A stretch of 64,000 nt of DNA from the NCBI RefSeq assembly GCF_036365525.1, contig NC_090387.1, positions 18,197,766-18,261,765 on the forward strand, written 5' to 3'. Under the pieces are notes generated by a model, which ran no database searches, was not told where the DNA came from, and was given only the letters and a program-made list of their open reading frames with translations. Shown here in pieces: positions 22,700 to 34,499 of this stretch (the first letter of the stretch is position 1; each line of letters begins with the position of its first letter). The position numbers and the translations under genes are program-made. This DNA comes from Heterodontus francisci (lineage: Eukaryota).

Positions 22700-23130
22700 T
22701 CCTCACCATCTCTCCTGTCTAGATTGGAGCAACTACCACCTTGTACCATCCGTAAACTCAAGCATGTCCAAAACTCTGCTGCCCATATCCTAACTTGTAG
22801 CAAATCCCGTTCACCCAGTCCTCAAGCCCTACAACTCTCAAATCTCTGCACTCTAATTTTGGTCTCTTGTGCATCCCTGATTTTATTCACTCCACAATTG
22901 GCAGCGTGCCTTCAGCTGCCCAGGCCCTAAGCTCTGGAATTTCTTCCCGAACCTCTCCACCTCCCTCTCCCTTTAAATTGCTCCTTAACACCCACCTCTT
23001 TGACCAAGCTTTTGGTCACGTTTCCTAATATCTCCTTATGTTCCGTTTCAAATTTTGTTTGATAATTGCTCCCATGCAGTGACTTGGGACATTTTACAAA
23101 GTTAAAGTGCTATATAAGAGCAAGTTATTG
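22700..23130 (+). mobile_element. L2 LINE 3' end
   Basis: KLKHVQNSAAHILT motif and an L2 3'UTR ending GTGCTATATAAGAGCAAGTTATTG. Confidence 0.7.
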
Positions 23131-23426
23131 AAGTAACTGACATTGGTTGGGACATTTCTCTGAGCATTAGTAGCACTTTAGTACCTCACCCAACAGCCCC
23201 TTCTTCAGCGGTCAGTCTTGTCTATTTGTTATTGGGCTCTGTGTATATCTTTCCAGCAGGAGTCACTGGACAGCAATCAAAATAGGAACTATGGCTGGTG
23301 TCTTTCCCACCCCCAACCCCTTATTTGACTTAATTGCTCCAAAGCCAGTTGTAATGTCCAACCATTAAACTTGACTCAAATTTAGCAAACTCAACATAGC
23401 CAGGTTATATAAATATTGAACTCTGG

Positions 23427-23750
23427 TAGATGCCAGTGTTGCAGCTGTACTGGAACAGCTTGGGTAGGGGTGCGACAAGTTCTGGAGCACAGGTCTTGTG
23501 TACTATTGCCAGAATGTTGTCAGGGCGCATTGCCTTTGCAGTATCCAGTGCCTTCAGTCGTTTCTTAATATCACATGGAGTGAATTGAATTGGCTGAAGA
23601 CTGGCATCTGTGATGCTGGGGACTTCAGGAGGAGGCTGAGATGGATCATCCATTTGACACTTCTGGCTGAAGATTGTTGCAAATGCTTCAGCCTTATCTT
23701 TTGCACTGATGTGCTGGGTTCCCCTATCCTTGAGAATGGGGATATTTGTG
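23427..23750 (-). mobile_element. Inverted internal fragment of the tRNA-headed LINE family
   Basis: Reverse complement aligns to ~25330-25655 (TNIPIL..G.QHISAKDKAEAFATIFSQKC...CAPEL.APL.KLFQYS) at roughly 90% by eye. Confidence 0.9.
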
Positions 23751-23783
23751 GCAATTAAGCAATTGAGCAATTAAGTCAAATAT

Positions 23784-26700
23784 GGGGAGGTGGTGGCATA
23801 GTGGTATTGTCACTGGACTAGTAACCTGGAGACCCAGGGTATTGCTTTGGGGACATGGGTTCAAATCCCACCACAGCAGAAGGTGGAATTTGAAATCAAT
23901 TAATAAATCTGGAATTAAAAGCAAGTCTAATGATGGCCATGAAACCATTGTCGATTGTTGTAAAAACCCATCTGGTTCACTAATGTCCTTTTAGGGAAGG
24001 ACATCTGCTGTCCTTACCTGGTCTGGCCTACATGTGACTCCAGACTCTCAGCAATGTGGTTGACTCTTAAATTTGACTCTTACATGCCCTCTGAAATGGC
24101 CTAGCAAGCCACTCAGTTGTATCTAACCGCAACAAAGTCAATAAAAAGGAATGAAACCAGACGGACCACCCGGCATTGACTTAGGCACCAGAAATGACAC
24201 CAGCAAACCCAGCCCTGTCGACCCTTCAAAGTCCTCCTTACTAACATCTGGGGTCTTGTGCCAGAGTTGGGAGAGCTGTCCCACAGACTAGTCAAGCAAC
24301 AGCCTGAAGTAGTCATACTCACGGAATCATACCTTACAGACAATGTCCCAGACACTGCCATCACCATCCCTGGGTATGTCTTGTCCCATGGGCAGGGCAG
24401 ACCCACTAGAGGTGGTGGCACAGTGGTATACAGTAGGGAGGGAGTTGCCCTGGGAGTCCTCAACATCGACTCTGGACCTCATGAAGTCTCATGGCATCAG
24501 ATCAAACATGGACAAGGAAACCTCCTGCTGATTACCACCTCCCACCCTCCCTCAGCTGATGAGTCAGTACTCCTCCATGTTGAAGAGCACTTGGAGGAAG
24601 CACTGAGGGTGGCGAGGGCACAAAGTGTTCTCTGGGTGGGGGACTTCAATGTGCATCACCAAGAGTGGCTCGGTAGCACCACTACTGACCGAGCTGGCCG
24701 AGTCCGAAAGGACATAGCTGCTAGACTGGGTAGGCAGCAGATGATGAGGGAACCAAAAAGAGGGGAAAACATACTTGACCTCGTCCTCACCAATCTGCCT
24801 GCCGCAGATGCATCTGTCCATGATAGTATTGGTAGGAGTGACCACCGCACAGTCCTTGTGGAGACGAAGTCCTGCCTTCACATTGAGGATACCCTCCATC
24901 GTGTTGTGTGGCACTACCACCGTGCTAAATGGGATAGATTTCAAATAGATCGAGCAATGCAAAACTGGGCATCCATGAGGCGCTGTGGGCCATCAGCAGC
25001 AGCAGAATTGTATTCAACCACAATCTGTAACCTCATAGCCCGGCATATCCCCCACTCTACCATTACCATCAAGCCAGGAGACCAACCCTGGTTCAATGAA
25101 GAGTGCAGGAGGGCATGCCAGGAGCAGCACCAGGCATACCTCAAAATGAGGTGTCAACCTGGTGAAGCTACAACACAGGACTATCTGCGTGCCAAACTGC
25201 GTAAGCAGCATGCGATAGACAGAGCTAAGTGATCTCATAACCTACGGATCAGATCTAAGATCTGCAGTCCTGCCACATCCAGCCGTGAATGGTGGTGGAC
25301 AATTAAACAACTGACTGGAGGAGGTGGCTCCACAAATATCCCCATCCTCAATGATGGGGGAGCCCAGCACATCAGTGCGAAAGATAAGGCTGAAGCATTT
25401 GCAACAATCTTCAGCCAGAAGTGCCGAGTTGATGATTTATCTCGGCCTCCTCCTGAAGTCCCCAGCATCACAAATGCCGGACTTCAGCCAATTCAATTCA
25501 TTCCGCGTGATATCAAGAAACGACTGAAGGCACTGGAAACTGCAAAAGCTATGAGCCCTGACAATATTCCGGCAATAGTACTGAAGACCTGTGCTCCAGA
25601 ACTTGCCGCGCCCCTAGCCAAGCTGTTCCAGTACAGCTACAACACTGGCATCTACACTGCAATGTGGAAAATTGCCCAGGTATGTCCTGTTCACAAAAAG
25701 CAGGACAAATCCAACCCGGCCAATTACCATCCCATCAGCCTACTCTCAATCATCAGTAAAGTGATGGAAGGTGTCATCAACAGTGCCATCAAGCGGCACT
25801 TGCTTAGTAATAACCTGCTCAGTGATGCTCCGTTTGGGTTCTGCCAGGGCCATTCAGCTCCTGATCTCATTACAGCCTTGGTTCAAACATGGACAAATGA
25901 GCTGAACTCAAGAGGTGAGGTAAGAGTGACTGCCATTGACATCAAGGCAGCATTTGACCGAGTACGGCATCAAGGAGCCCTAGCAAAACCGAGGTCAATG
26001 GGAATCAGGGGGAAAACCCTCCGCTGGCTGGAGTCATACCTAGCGCAAAGGAAGATGGTTGTGGTTGTTGGAGGTCAATCATCTGAGCTCCAGGACATCA
26101 CTGCAGGAGTTCCTCAGGGTAGTGTCCTGGGCCCAACCATCTTCAGCTGCTTCATCAATGACCTTCCTTCAATCATAAGGTCAGAAGTGGGGATGTTCGC
26201 TGATGATTGCACAATGTTCAGCACCATCCGTGTCTCCTCAGATACTGAAGCAGTCCGTGTAGAAATGCAGCAAGACTTGGACAATATCCAGGCTTGGGCT
26301 GAGAAGTGGCAAGTAACATTTGCGCCACACAAGTGCCAGGAAATGACTATCTCCAACAAGAGAGAATCTAACCATCTCCCCTTGACATTCAATGGCATTT
26401 CCATCACTGAATCCCCCACTATCAACATCCTAGGGGCTACCATTGACCAGAAACTGAACTGGAGTAGCCATATAAATACCGTGGCTACAAGAGCAGGTCA
26501 GAGGCGAGGAATCCTGAGGCGAGTAACTCACCTCCTGACTCCCCAAAGCCTGTCCACCATCTACAAGGCGCAAGTCAGGAGTGTGATGGAATACTCTCCA
26601 CTTGCCTGGATGGGTGCAGCTCCAACAACACTCAAGAAGCTCGACACAATCCAGGACAAAGCAGCCCGCTTGATTGGCACCCCATCCACGAATATTTATT

Positions 26701-27073
26701 CCCTCCCCCTCTAACGCACAGTGGCAGCAGTGTGTACCATCTACAAGATGCACTGCCACAATGCACCAAGGCTTTTTAGACAGCACCTTCCAAACCCACG
26801 ACCTCTACCAACTAGAAGGACAAGGGCAGCTGATGCATGGGAACACCACCACCTACAAGTTCCGCTCCAAGCCACACACCATCCTGACTTGGAACTGTAT
26901 CATTGTTCCTTCACTGTCGCTGGGTCAAAATCCTGAAATTCCCTTCCAGACAGCACTCTGGGTGCACCTACCTCACATGGACTGCAGTGGTTCAAGAAGG
27001 CCACCACCACCTTCTCAAGGGCAATTAGGGATGGACAATAAATGCTATTCTATCCAGTGATGAATTTTAAAAA
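23784..27073 (+). mobile_element. Apparently full-length tRNA-headed, ORF1-less non-LTR retrotransposon (CR1/L2-group APE-RT)
   Basis: A box TGGCATAGTGG 23794-23804 and B box GGTTCAAATCC 23858-23868. One frame runs from 24096 to ~27000 with APE (VILTESYL, RGGG, WVGDFNVHH, ILDLVLTN, SDH) and RT ([30 protein letters not shown]), broken only by point stops at 24102, 24177, 24195, 25230, 26712 and 26934. AATAAA and A-rich tail at the end. Confidence 0.9.
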
Positions 27074-27169
27074 AACTCTGGCGAGCACCACATAAGGTGA
27101 TGAATTTAGCCACTTAGTTATTGCAGCAGCTCCACAATGGTGCTTGAGAAATATTACAGTGGAGTTTGT

Positions 27170-27600
27170 ATTCTTAGAGTCAGAGAATGATACAACACAA
27201 AAAGACATCATTCAGCCTATTGTGCTTCAGTGAGTTCTTTGATCGAGCTATTCATTTAATTCCTGTTCTTTCTACATAGCCCTGTAATTCTTTTTATTCT
27301 TTCATGGAATGTCAGTGTCATGGCAAGGCCAGCATTTATTGCCCATTCCTAATTGCCCTAGAGAAAGTGGTTGTGAGCGACTTTCTTGAACTACTGCAGT
27401 CCATGTGGTGAAGGTGTTTCTTCCCTTCAAGTATTTGTGCAATTCCCTTTGAATGTTACTACTGAATCTACTTCCACCAGTCTTTCAGACAGTGCATTCC
27501 AGATCACTTTGTTTCCACATGTCACTTTTCTTTTTGCCAATCACCTTATATCTGTGTCTTCTGATTACTGCCCTCTACCTCTGGAAACAGTTTCTCATTT
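27170..27600 (-). mobile_element. CR1 3' end with an inserted 3' tail of the tRNA-headed LINE (~27290-27418)
   Basis: GGCCAGCATTTATTGCCCATTCCTAATTGCCC is the reverse complement of the family 3' end; the flanks resemble CR1 tails elsewhere in the window. Confidence 0.65.
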
Positions 27601-28529
27601 ATATAAATTTCTTTGAGTGCTGTGGCAAAGTCTTGGTGATATACTCTGCCACATTCTGTGCACACACACACAGTGCTCTACTGCGTAATGATGTGTGTCT
27701 TTTTCCTTTGTTAAATTCCATTCTACATACTTGATCGAAATGGCTGAACAAAATGATTTAAATCTTGTTTATAGTGTAGCAATCTTAATTTTAATACCAT
27801 GACTAGTGTTCTTTGAAAACTTATGTTCCTAAAGTCTTAAAAACAGAGCATCTCGCTGAGATTAGCAAATGCTGTACATAATGTGATGGCGGATATTTCA
27901 TCTCTTGAGGAGGGCTGCTTTCCCAGTAGCAACACGGCCACATTGTAAGCAGAAAGTTTTGGCTTTCTGCCTTGTGCCTTTTGAGAGGCTCCAAGATGCG
28001 GAATGATGTGGTCTTTTGTATTATTTAGCACAAGATTACTCCAAGAAATTTAAGAATGTACAGTGAAAAGTTGAAGTAAATTCATTCAGTGTTGAAGAGT
28101 CAATTAATTTGCAGTTTGTTAACTGAATCTAATTTTGAGTTGTGGTGATTGAATGCAACGTATACATTTTCTTAAACTAATAAAATCCTACATATCCAAC
28201 AGTAAAATACACTTTACGAATTTCACTGGGCTTCATAAATTCCCTTTCAATTGTTTAAAGAATCAGTCGTCTTGCTCTGTAAAGAACACACTCAAAGCAT
28301 CCAGAGATAAAAAGATATTGTTTAACAACATTTTTGGGTGGGGGAACTTTTATGGTGTCAATTATTCTTGTATGGTGTGGTGCAATGCACTGGTGCTTAA
28401 GCCATGCTGTGCCATAGAAATGTAGGTGATGAGTTCCCAAACCCAACTGGACTGCTGTTGGGACCCATTTCAAAATTGCACATCTCTTTTGGACAACATG
28501 TAGAATAGTAGCGGCAGGAAAAACAAAGA

Positions 28530-28980
28530 AAACCTTGCATTCATATAGTGCCTTTCACAATCAGAGGTTGTCCCAAAGTGCTTTACAGCCAACGAAGTAC
28601 TTTTGAAGTGTAGTCACTGTTGTAGTGTAGGAAACATACCAAACTTGCACACAGCAAGCTCCCACAAACAGCAATGTAATAATGACCAGATAATCTATTT
28701 TTGTGATGTTGGTTGAGGGATAAATCTTAGCCACACACCAGGGAGAACTCCCCTGCTTTCCTTTGAAATAGTGTCATGGGACCTTTTACATCCACCTGAG
28801 AGGGCCTCAGTTTAACATTTCATCTGAAAGAAGTAAGTACCGCCAACAGTGCAGCACTGCCTTAGTATTGCTCTGGAGTGTCAGCCTTGATTTTTTTGTG
28901 CTTAAGTCCTGGAGTGGGACTTGAACCTACAAACTTCTGTTTCAGAATTGACTGTGCTACCAACTGAACCATAGTTGACA
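28530..28980 (-). mobile_element. Deu-domain SINE (SacSINE1-like), full length
   Basis: Reverse complement of the 40035 and 41855 copies, including the tRNA head (GGTTCAGTTGGTAGCAC...GGTTCAAGTCCCACTCCAG). Confidence 0.85.
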
Positions 28981-29149
28981 CTGTCCAAATTGAAGCAGCT
29001 TCTCATTTATTGAATTAAATAATTTATTGTAGATTTTTCTTAAATGGCATCTATAGAACCTATAACCACACAGTTAAAAGCAAATTAACATTGTGTAAAC
29101 GACCTTCATATTTTGGGAGCATCGTACTTACTTTCCCACCTCCATCCTG

Positions 29150-29900
29150 ACTGTTGCACCATCTCAAACTCCCTGTTGGACATTAAGACTTGGATGAAGG
29201 AAATATCCCTTAATTTAATGTTGGTAAAACCAAAGCCATTCTCTCCATCTCCTAACAGTATCTCCATGTCAATGCCTTGAAACTCCACAAACATCTTTGG
29301 CTCCCATTTCAAACTTAGGCTCGAGGCATGAAAATTTGGCATTTCACTTGATCTTCAGTTGAGGTGCTTTCCCTATCCAAGACTGAGCTGCTTTCCCTAC
29401 CTGCATTATCTTATAAAAACCACTTGCCCCCACCCATCTCTGCTACATTGCCACCATTGGCGTTGCTTCTGCAGGGAGTTTAATTGAAGCCTTCATCACT
29501 TCAACGCTTGATTGTTGAAATGCTGTCCTCGTCAGCCTTCCTGTTTCCACAAACTACAACTAGTCCACAATGCTGTGGACTAGTGCTTGTATACCCTTCA
29601 GTCCACTGACTTACTGTAACTTAACTGATAAAATCCGTGTTCAAATTTCTCCCTGGCCTCTGTGATCTCCTGCTGTACACCCTGCATGTATTTTCCAATC
29701 CTGTGACATCATTCTACTCATTCCCTGCTCAATCACCAGTGGTTTTCCTTCAGCTGCTACATTTCTACCCTCTAGAATTTCCTCCCAAACTCTGTCTTTC
29801 CCTCACTGCTTTATCACCCTTCTCCTTAATTGTGTTTCAGTTTCTTTCTTCCCTAGGTGTTGATTTTTTCAAAAGCACACTGAGGTATCAGAAATGCATG
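29150..29900 (+). mobile_element. Highly degraded L2 fragment
   Basis: Remnants of DIKTWM..N.L.LN.GKT and KLQLVHNA motifs. Confidence 0.5.
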
Positions 29901-30834
29901 CTATACTGAAGTCTGTCTAACTTTAGTTTGAGGTTTTATTTCCCAAATTCTTTTTATTTTTAAAGTATGTGTTAAGCTGCCCAGCACTGCTTGTCTCCGT
30001 GCTAACTAGGTTGGTGCAGTCACTATATTCCGATTGTTGTAAATGGGATTCCCCACCACAACTGATATCTTCAAAATTAATTTTTAAAAATGATGTAGAA
30101 ATGCTGTGAGTGTCACCAGCAAGGTAAAATGGCCCTCAAATACTCATTTTGAATATTCTCTCTGTAATCCACTTTTGGATAATGGGGTAGAGGGGGCATG
30201 GTTCGTTAGATGCATAGTTCGTTCAAAGTTCGATTACTCAAATTTTTGCTTTGAATGTTGCAATGCCAGTTATCACTCCTACCAAGCTGTGTATTTTTAA
30301 TTCCTCTTTTAATACATTGTGCCCTTGTGTTCTATTGAAGCACATGATGTCAAAGGTTGGTAACAAACATATGCTTATGTTATTTCTCACTAATTAGAAA
30401 TGTGTTGCACTCAGTAAATTTAATGTTAAAGAAGCAGCAAACTGAAATAACTTGGCAGAATGTCACACCTCCTCTCACCTGGCCGGTCAGTCCCTGTCCA
30501 GGCCTACTCCGAGCCCAAGTTAATGAGTTGAGGGAGATGGAAAATATAGTAACTTGAATTGATTACATCCTACAGTATCACGTGAAAATGATGCTGTTCA
30601 TGATACTAGAATTGTTTTCTTTATTTTGTTTAATTTGAAGGCCTTGGAGTAGGCCCAGGATTATGTTGGTTACTGCTATTTGGTGATGCGCAGATGGAAT
30701 GTTAACTTGAAATCTGTAAAATATTTTCCAATATTAAATTGGTACCACCTGCCAATTATAGGCCCTGTGATTAAGTTTAGGGCAGATTTTCACTATTATT
30801 TTTAATGAACAGGTATAGGTAGGTTTCCTATTGG

Positions 30835-31262
30835 GATGGTCGGATTATCTTATGAGGAGAGATTTAAGGGAACTGAGCCTGTATTCTCTCAAGTTTCGAA
30901 GAATGAGAAGTGATCTCATTAAAGCTTACAAAATTCTTGCAGGGCATGACAGGTAAAATGTAGATAGGTTGTTTCCCCTGGCTGGTGAGTCTAGAACCAG
31001 GGGACATCGTCTCAGACTGAGGGTAGGCCATTTTGGACGGAGATGAGGAGGGTGGTGAATCTTTGGAATTCTCTACCTCAGAGGGCTCTGGAAGCTCAAT
31101 CATTGAGCATGTTCAAGACAGAAATGGATAGATACCTGGATACTAATGACATCAAGGGATATGAGAATAGTGCAGGAAAGTGGCATTGAGATCAGCCATG
31201 ATTTAATTGAATGGCAGAGCAGGGTTGACGGGCTGAATGGCCTAATCCTGCTCTGATGTTCC
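30835..31262 (+). mobile_element. CR1 3' end
   Basis: LSYEER..LYSL..RRMRSDLI remnants and tail GGCTGAATGGCCTAATCCTGCTCTGATGTTCC. Confidence 0.8.
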
Positions 31263-33679
31263 TAGGAACAGGCCATTTTAGTCCATGGCATTCAAAAGCA
31301 GAATACAGTTGATTTTCTTACCAAATTCCTGTCCAATTACCTCTTTAAAAGTATTAATGCAATTGGTCGGTGTCTTCCCTGAGCAGTCCGTTTCAAACAT
31401 TCAATAAGCTCTGTGGACATAGTTACATCTGATTTGTCCATTCTCCATCCATCTTCTGAGCTTTATCCTATGCCCTTTTGTTGTCATTCTCAGGAGTAAA
31501 TCATAGAATAGTGCAGCACAGAAGGAGGCCATTCAGCCAGTTGGGTGAAGAAAACCAACAGTGTATTAAAAATGGAATTAAAAATACACAGCTTTCTTTG
31601 AGTGATCAACAGCATTGCAACACTCAAAGCAAATTTGAGTAACTGAACTTCGAATTAACCATATACCCAATTTTCTAATACTGGAAAAGAACACTATGTC
31701 TTTATCACCCTGGTTATCTAAAGTGATTAGATTACAGCGAAAACATTTAAATTTAGTATTTCAGGGCAATTTACCTTGCTATTTAGTATCACATTCAGAG
31801 TCTTTCTTCCAACTTAATGTATGAAATGAAATTATGGGGGAGGGAAATCTACTTATTGGACATATCTGATGTCTTAATAGCCAATGAAGAAGAAATGATA
31901 CAATATTATCTGAATTAGGTCTTAGACTCACAAATGGAGTTAGCTTTCAATGGAAAAACTTTTAATTGCTGTCAGTGATACTGCTGGAATCAGAATTTTC
32001 TTATGTTGTTGGCTGTGCGATAAAGATAGTGAACTAATATTGTATTATTTCTGCACCTTTGCTTAAAAATACTTTGCTGTGAGTAAAGATGGTTATATAG
32101 TATATTGCATTGAAATTAAATGAGGTGGGGTGGTGATTTACAAAATTAACCTGAATATAGAAAATGACGACTTGTACATTAAAGGAAGAGGGAAATGCTA
32201 TTAGCATGAAATAATCAAGATAAGATGTAGGGTGAAATTGTTAGATGGTTTATATTGACATAACATTGTAAACTAAACTTGCAACGAATCTAATCAGAAT
32301 AGGTGTGACTATATTTGATATCAGTACTTTTTAAATCAAAGGGGAAACTGCTATAATTTTATTTCGCCTGCTGTACTTAAGCAGCTTATGCACTTTATAA
32401 AACAGGTTAAATTTGCCTCTTAATTTTTATCAATATCTGTTCTTTTAATTCTATAAATTGGCAGCTTTTTATTAAATGTATCAGGCTCCAATGAGTTTTA
32501 CTTTTACACTTGATATATTTAAACTGTGTGCAAGTTCTATGTAATTGAAAATTGAATATGCTTTGTAGATCATAATGAATAAATTTGTGCAGAAATTATA
32601 TAAATATTTATTTGTGCAAGTCCAACCAGAACGGCCAAAGCAAATCATAGAACCAAGAATAAAAAAATTTGGTTTCTCTAAGGACAGTTGACTCTCTCTA
32701 ATTTGAAAAAAAGACGTAAAACTGAATATTTGCTAAATGTTGTTAATGCCAACAGTGCACTGCGGTAAAATATGACTTGAATCATCAAAACGCGGTCGTG
32801 AATGATGCAGCAGAATTTGACAGTGGTGGAGGCAACATGAACACTTGTGACTGGATCTCAGTCAAGGCGACTTGCGTAAATTATATGAGCTTTGCAGCTG
32901 GAATTTACCGCCTTATCTGAAGCCCTTAATACCGTTTGTAGTTTGTATTTTGTAAAATTCGCCTAGCTGTCATTATTCTATATTTATTTTTGTGTCGGTT
33001 TCTAATCTAGCCAACTTGTGCTTACACAGTATCTTTAATGTAATAAAATGTCATGCTTCACAGGAACATTATAATGTAAAAATTGACACTGAGCCACATG
33101 AGATATTCAGGCAGATGGCCAAAGCTTTTGTCAGAGGCAGGTTTTAAGGAGTATCTTATCCTGATACCTTGATACATCACTGTCTAACTTGCATATTAAT
33201 GAGTATCATTTCTGAATAATTGAATAAAAGACATGCAAAGGAGATATGTTGGGAATTAGTGCTTTGTGGAAAATTGAAGTTTGTGACAACACAACTATTT
33301 TTTCCTACTTGCCCAGATCTGTTAACAAATTTGTATTACATTTTATACACACTAAATAAGTGGCACTACAAGCCCTTTCTCCTCCCAATACCATAATTGT
33401 GTGAAATCAACTGATGACATTGTCTCTTATATTAACACAGTCTTTCTCAAGACTTAACATTGTGGAACTCCTTACTTCCCTTACTCTCTCTCTTTCCCCT
33501 TACAGGTTACTAAAACTGCAGCTCGCTTTTACTTAACCATTACGTCCTAATTTAGATTGCCTTCTGTTCTCTTCTCCCAACCAGTTATCTACCTCTTCAA
33601 ACTAAAAGCCTCAGGACCACCAAATTCAGCTAGTCGTCAGCCAATCACCAAAACCCACAGCCTGTGTACCACTTTTTTC

Positions 33680-33875
33680 TATGGGAACGAGTAGGAACAG
33701 TTTTCCCCTATCCACTCTGTCCAGACCTCTTATGATCTCAAATCTCCTCTCAGTCTTTAAGGAAAACAGTCCCAACTTCTCCAATCTATCTTCATAACTA
33801 AAGTTCATCATTCCTGGAACCATTCTTGTGAATCTTTTCTGCACACTCCAATGCCTTCACATTCTTCCTAAAGTT
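33680..33875 (-). mobile_element. CR1 fragment
   Basis: ORF 33626-33844: QKRFTRMVPGMMNFSYEDRLEKLGLFSL. Confidence 0.8.
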
Positions 33876-33879
33876 CAAC

Positions 33880-34220
33880 AGTATTTGAAGGAGAGTGGAG
33901 GTCTTGCTGGTGTCCTGGCCAATATAACATAACTTAAAAACAGATTATCTGGTCATTATTACGTTGCTGTTTGTGGGAGCTTGCTGTGTACATATTGGCT
34001 GCTGCTTTTCCTACATTATAAGTGACTACATTTCAAAAGTACCTCATTTGGCTGTGAAGCGTTTTGAGATGTCCAGAGGTCGTGAAAGGCGCTATAGAAA
34101 GGGATTAGTGTAGGATTAGTATAAAATGGGTGGTCAATGGTCGGCACAGACTCGGCGGGCCGAAGGGCCTGTTTCAGTGCTGTATCTCTAAATCTAAATC
34201 TAAAAAAAATGCAAGTCTCT
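33880..34220 (+). mobile_element. Deu-SINE 3' part with a 5'-truncated V-SINE tail (~34100-34208) inserted near its end
   Basis: The SINE end AAGGCGCTATAG|AAATGCAAGTC is split by GGATTAGTGTAGG...GGGCCGAAGGGCCTGTTTCAGTGCTGTATCTC(TAAATC)n. Confidence 0.75.
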
Positions 34221-34499
34221 CTACAAAAAGAAAAAGAGCACAGGCTGGTTTTCATAATGTTACAAGTCCTATAATGTTGTTAAGTGCTTCTAAATTTACA
34301 AACAGGAACTGAAATCCTGCATAGGGGACGGGCTAAATTCCTCTAGGTGAAAAACGAAGGGTGCATCTGTATTCAACCCCCGCTCTCCCCCCCCCCCCCC
34401 CCTCCCCCCCTTTCAGGTTGACCTTCTATAGCCATTGCGATTTCAACATTCTGCAATTCCAACAGGTTGGTAGTTAATTATTTAGATAAATGTGTGTGT

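Noticed and set aside
23784-23880. Functional tRNA-Thr gene
   Set aside because: No proper acceptor stem, an oversized variable insert and no adjacent terminator; it is the head of a retroelement. The SINE heads elsewhere are likewise not tRNA genes.
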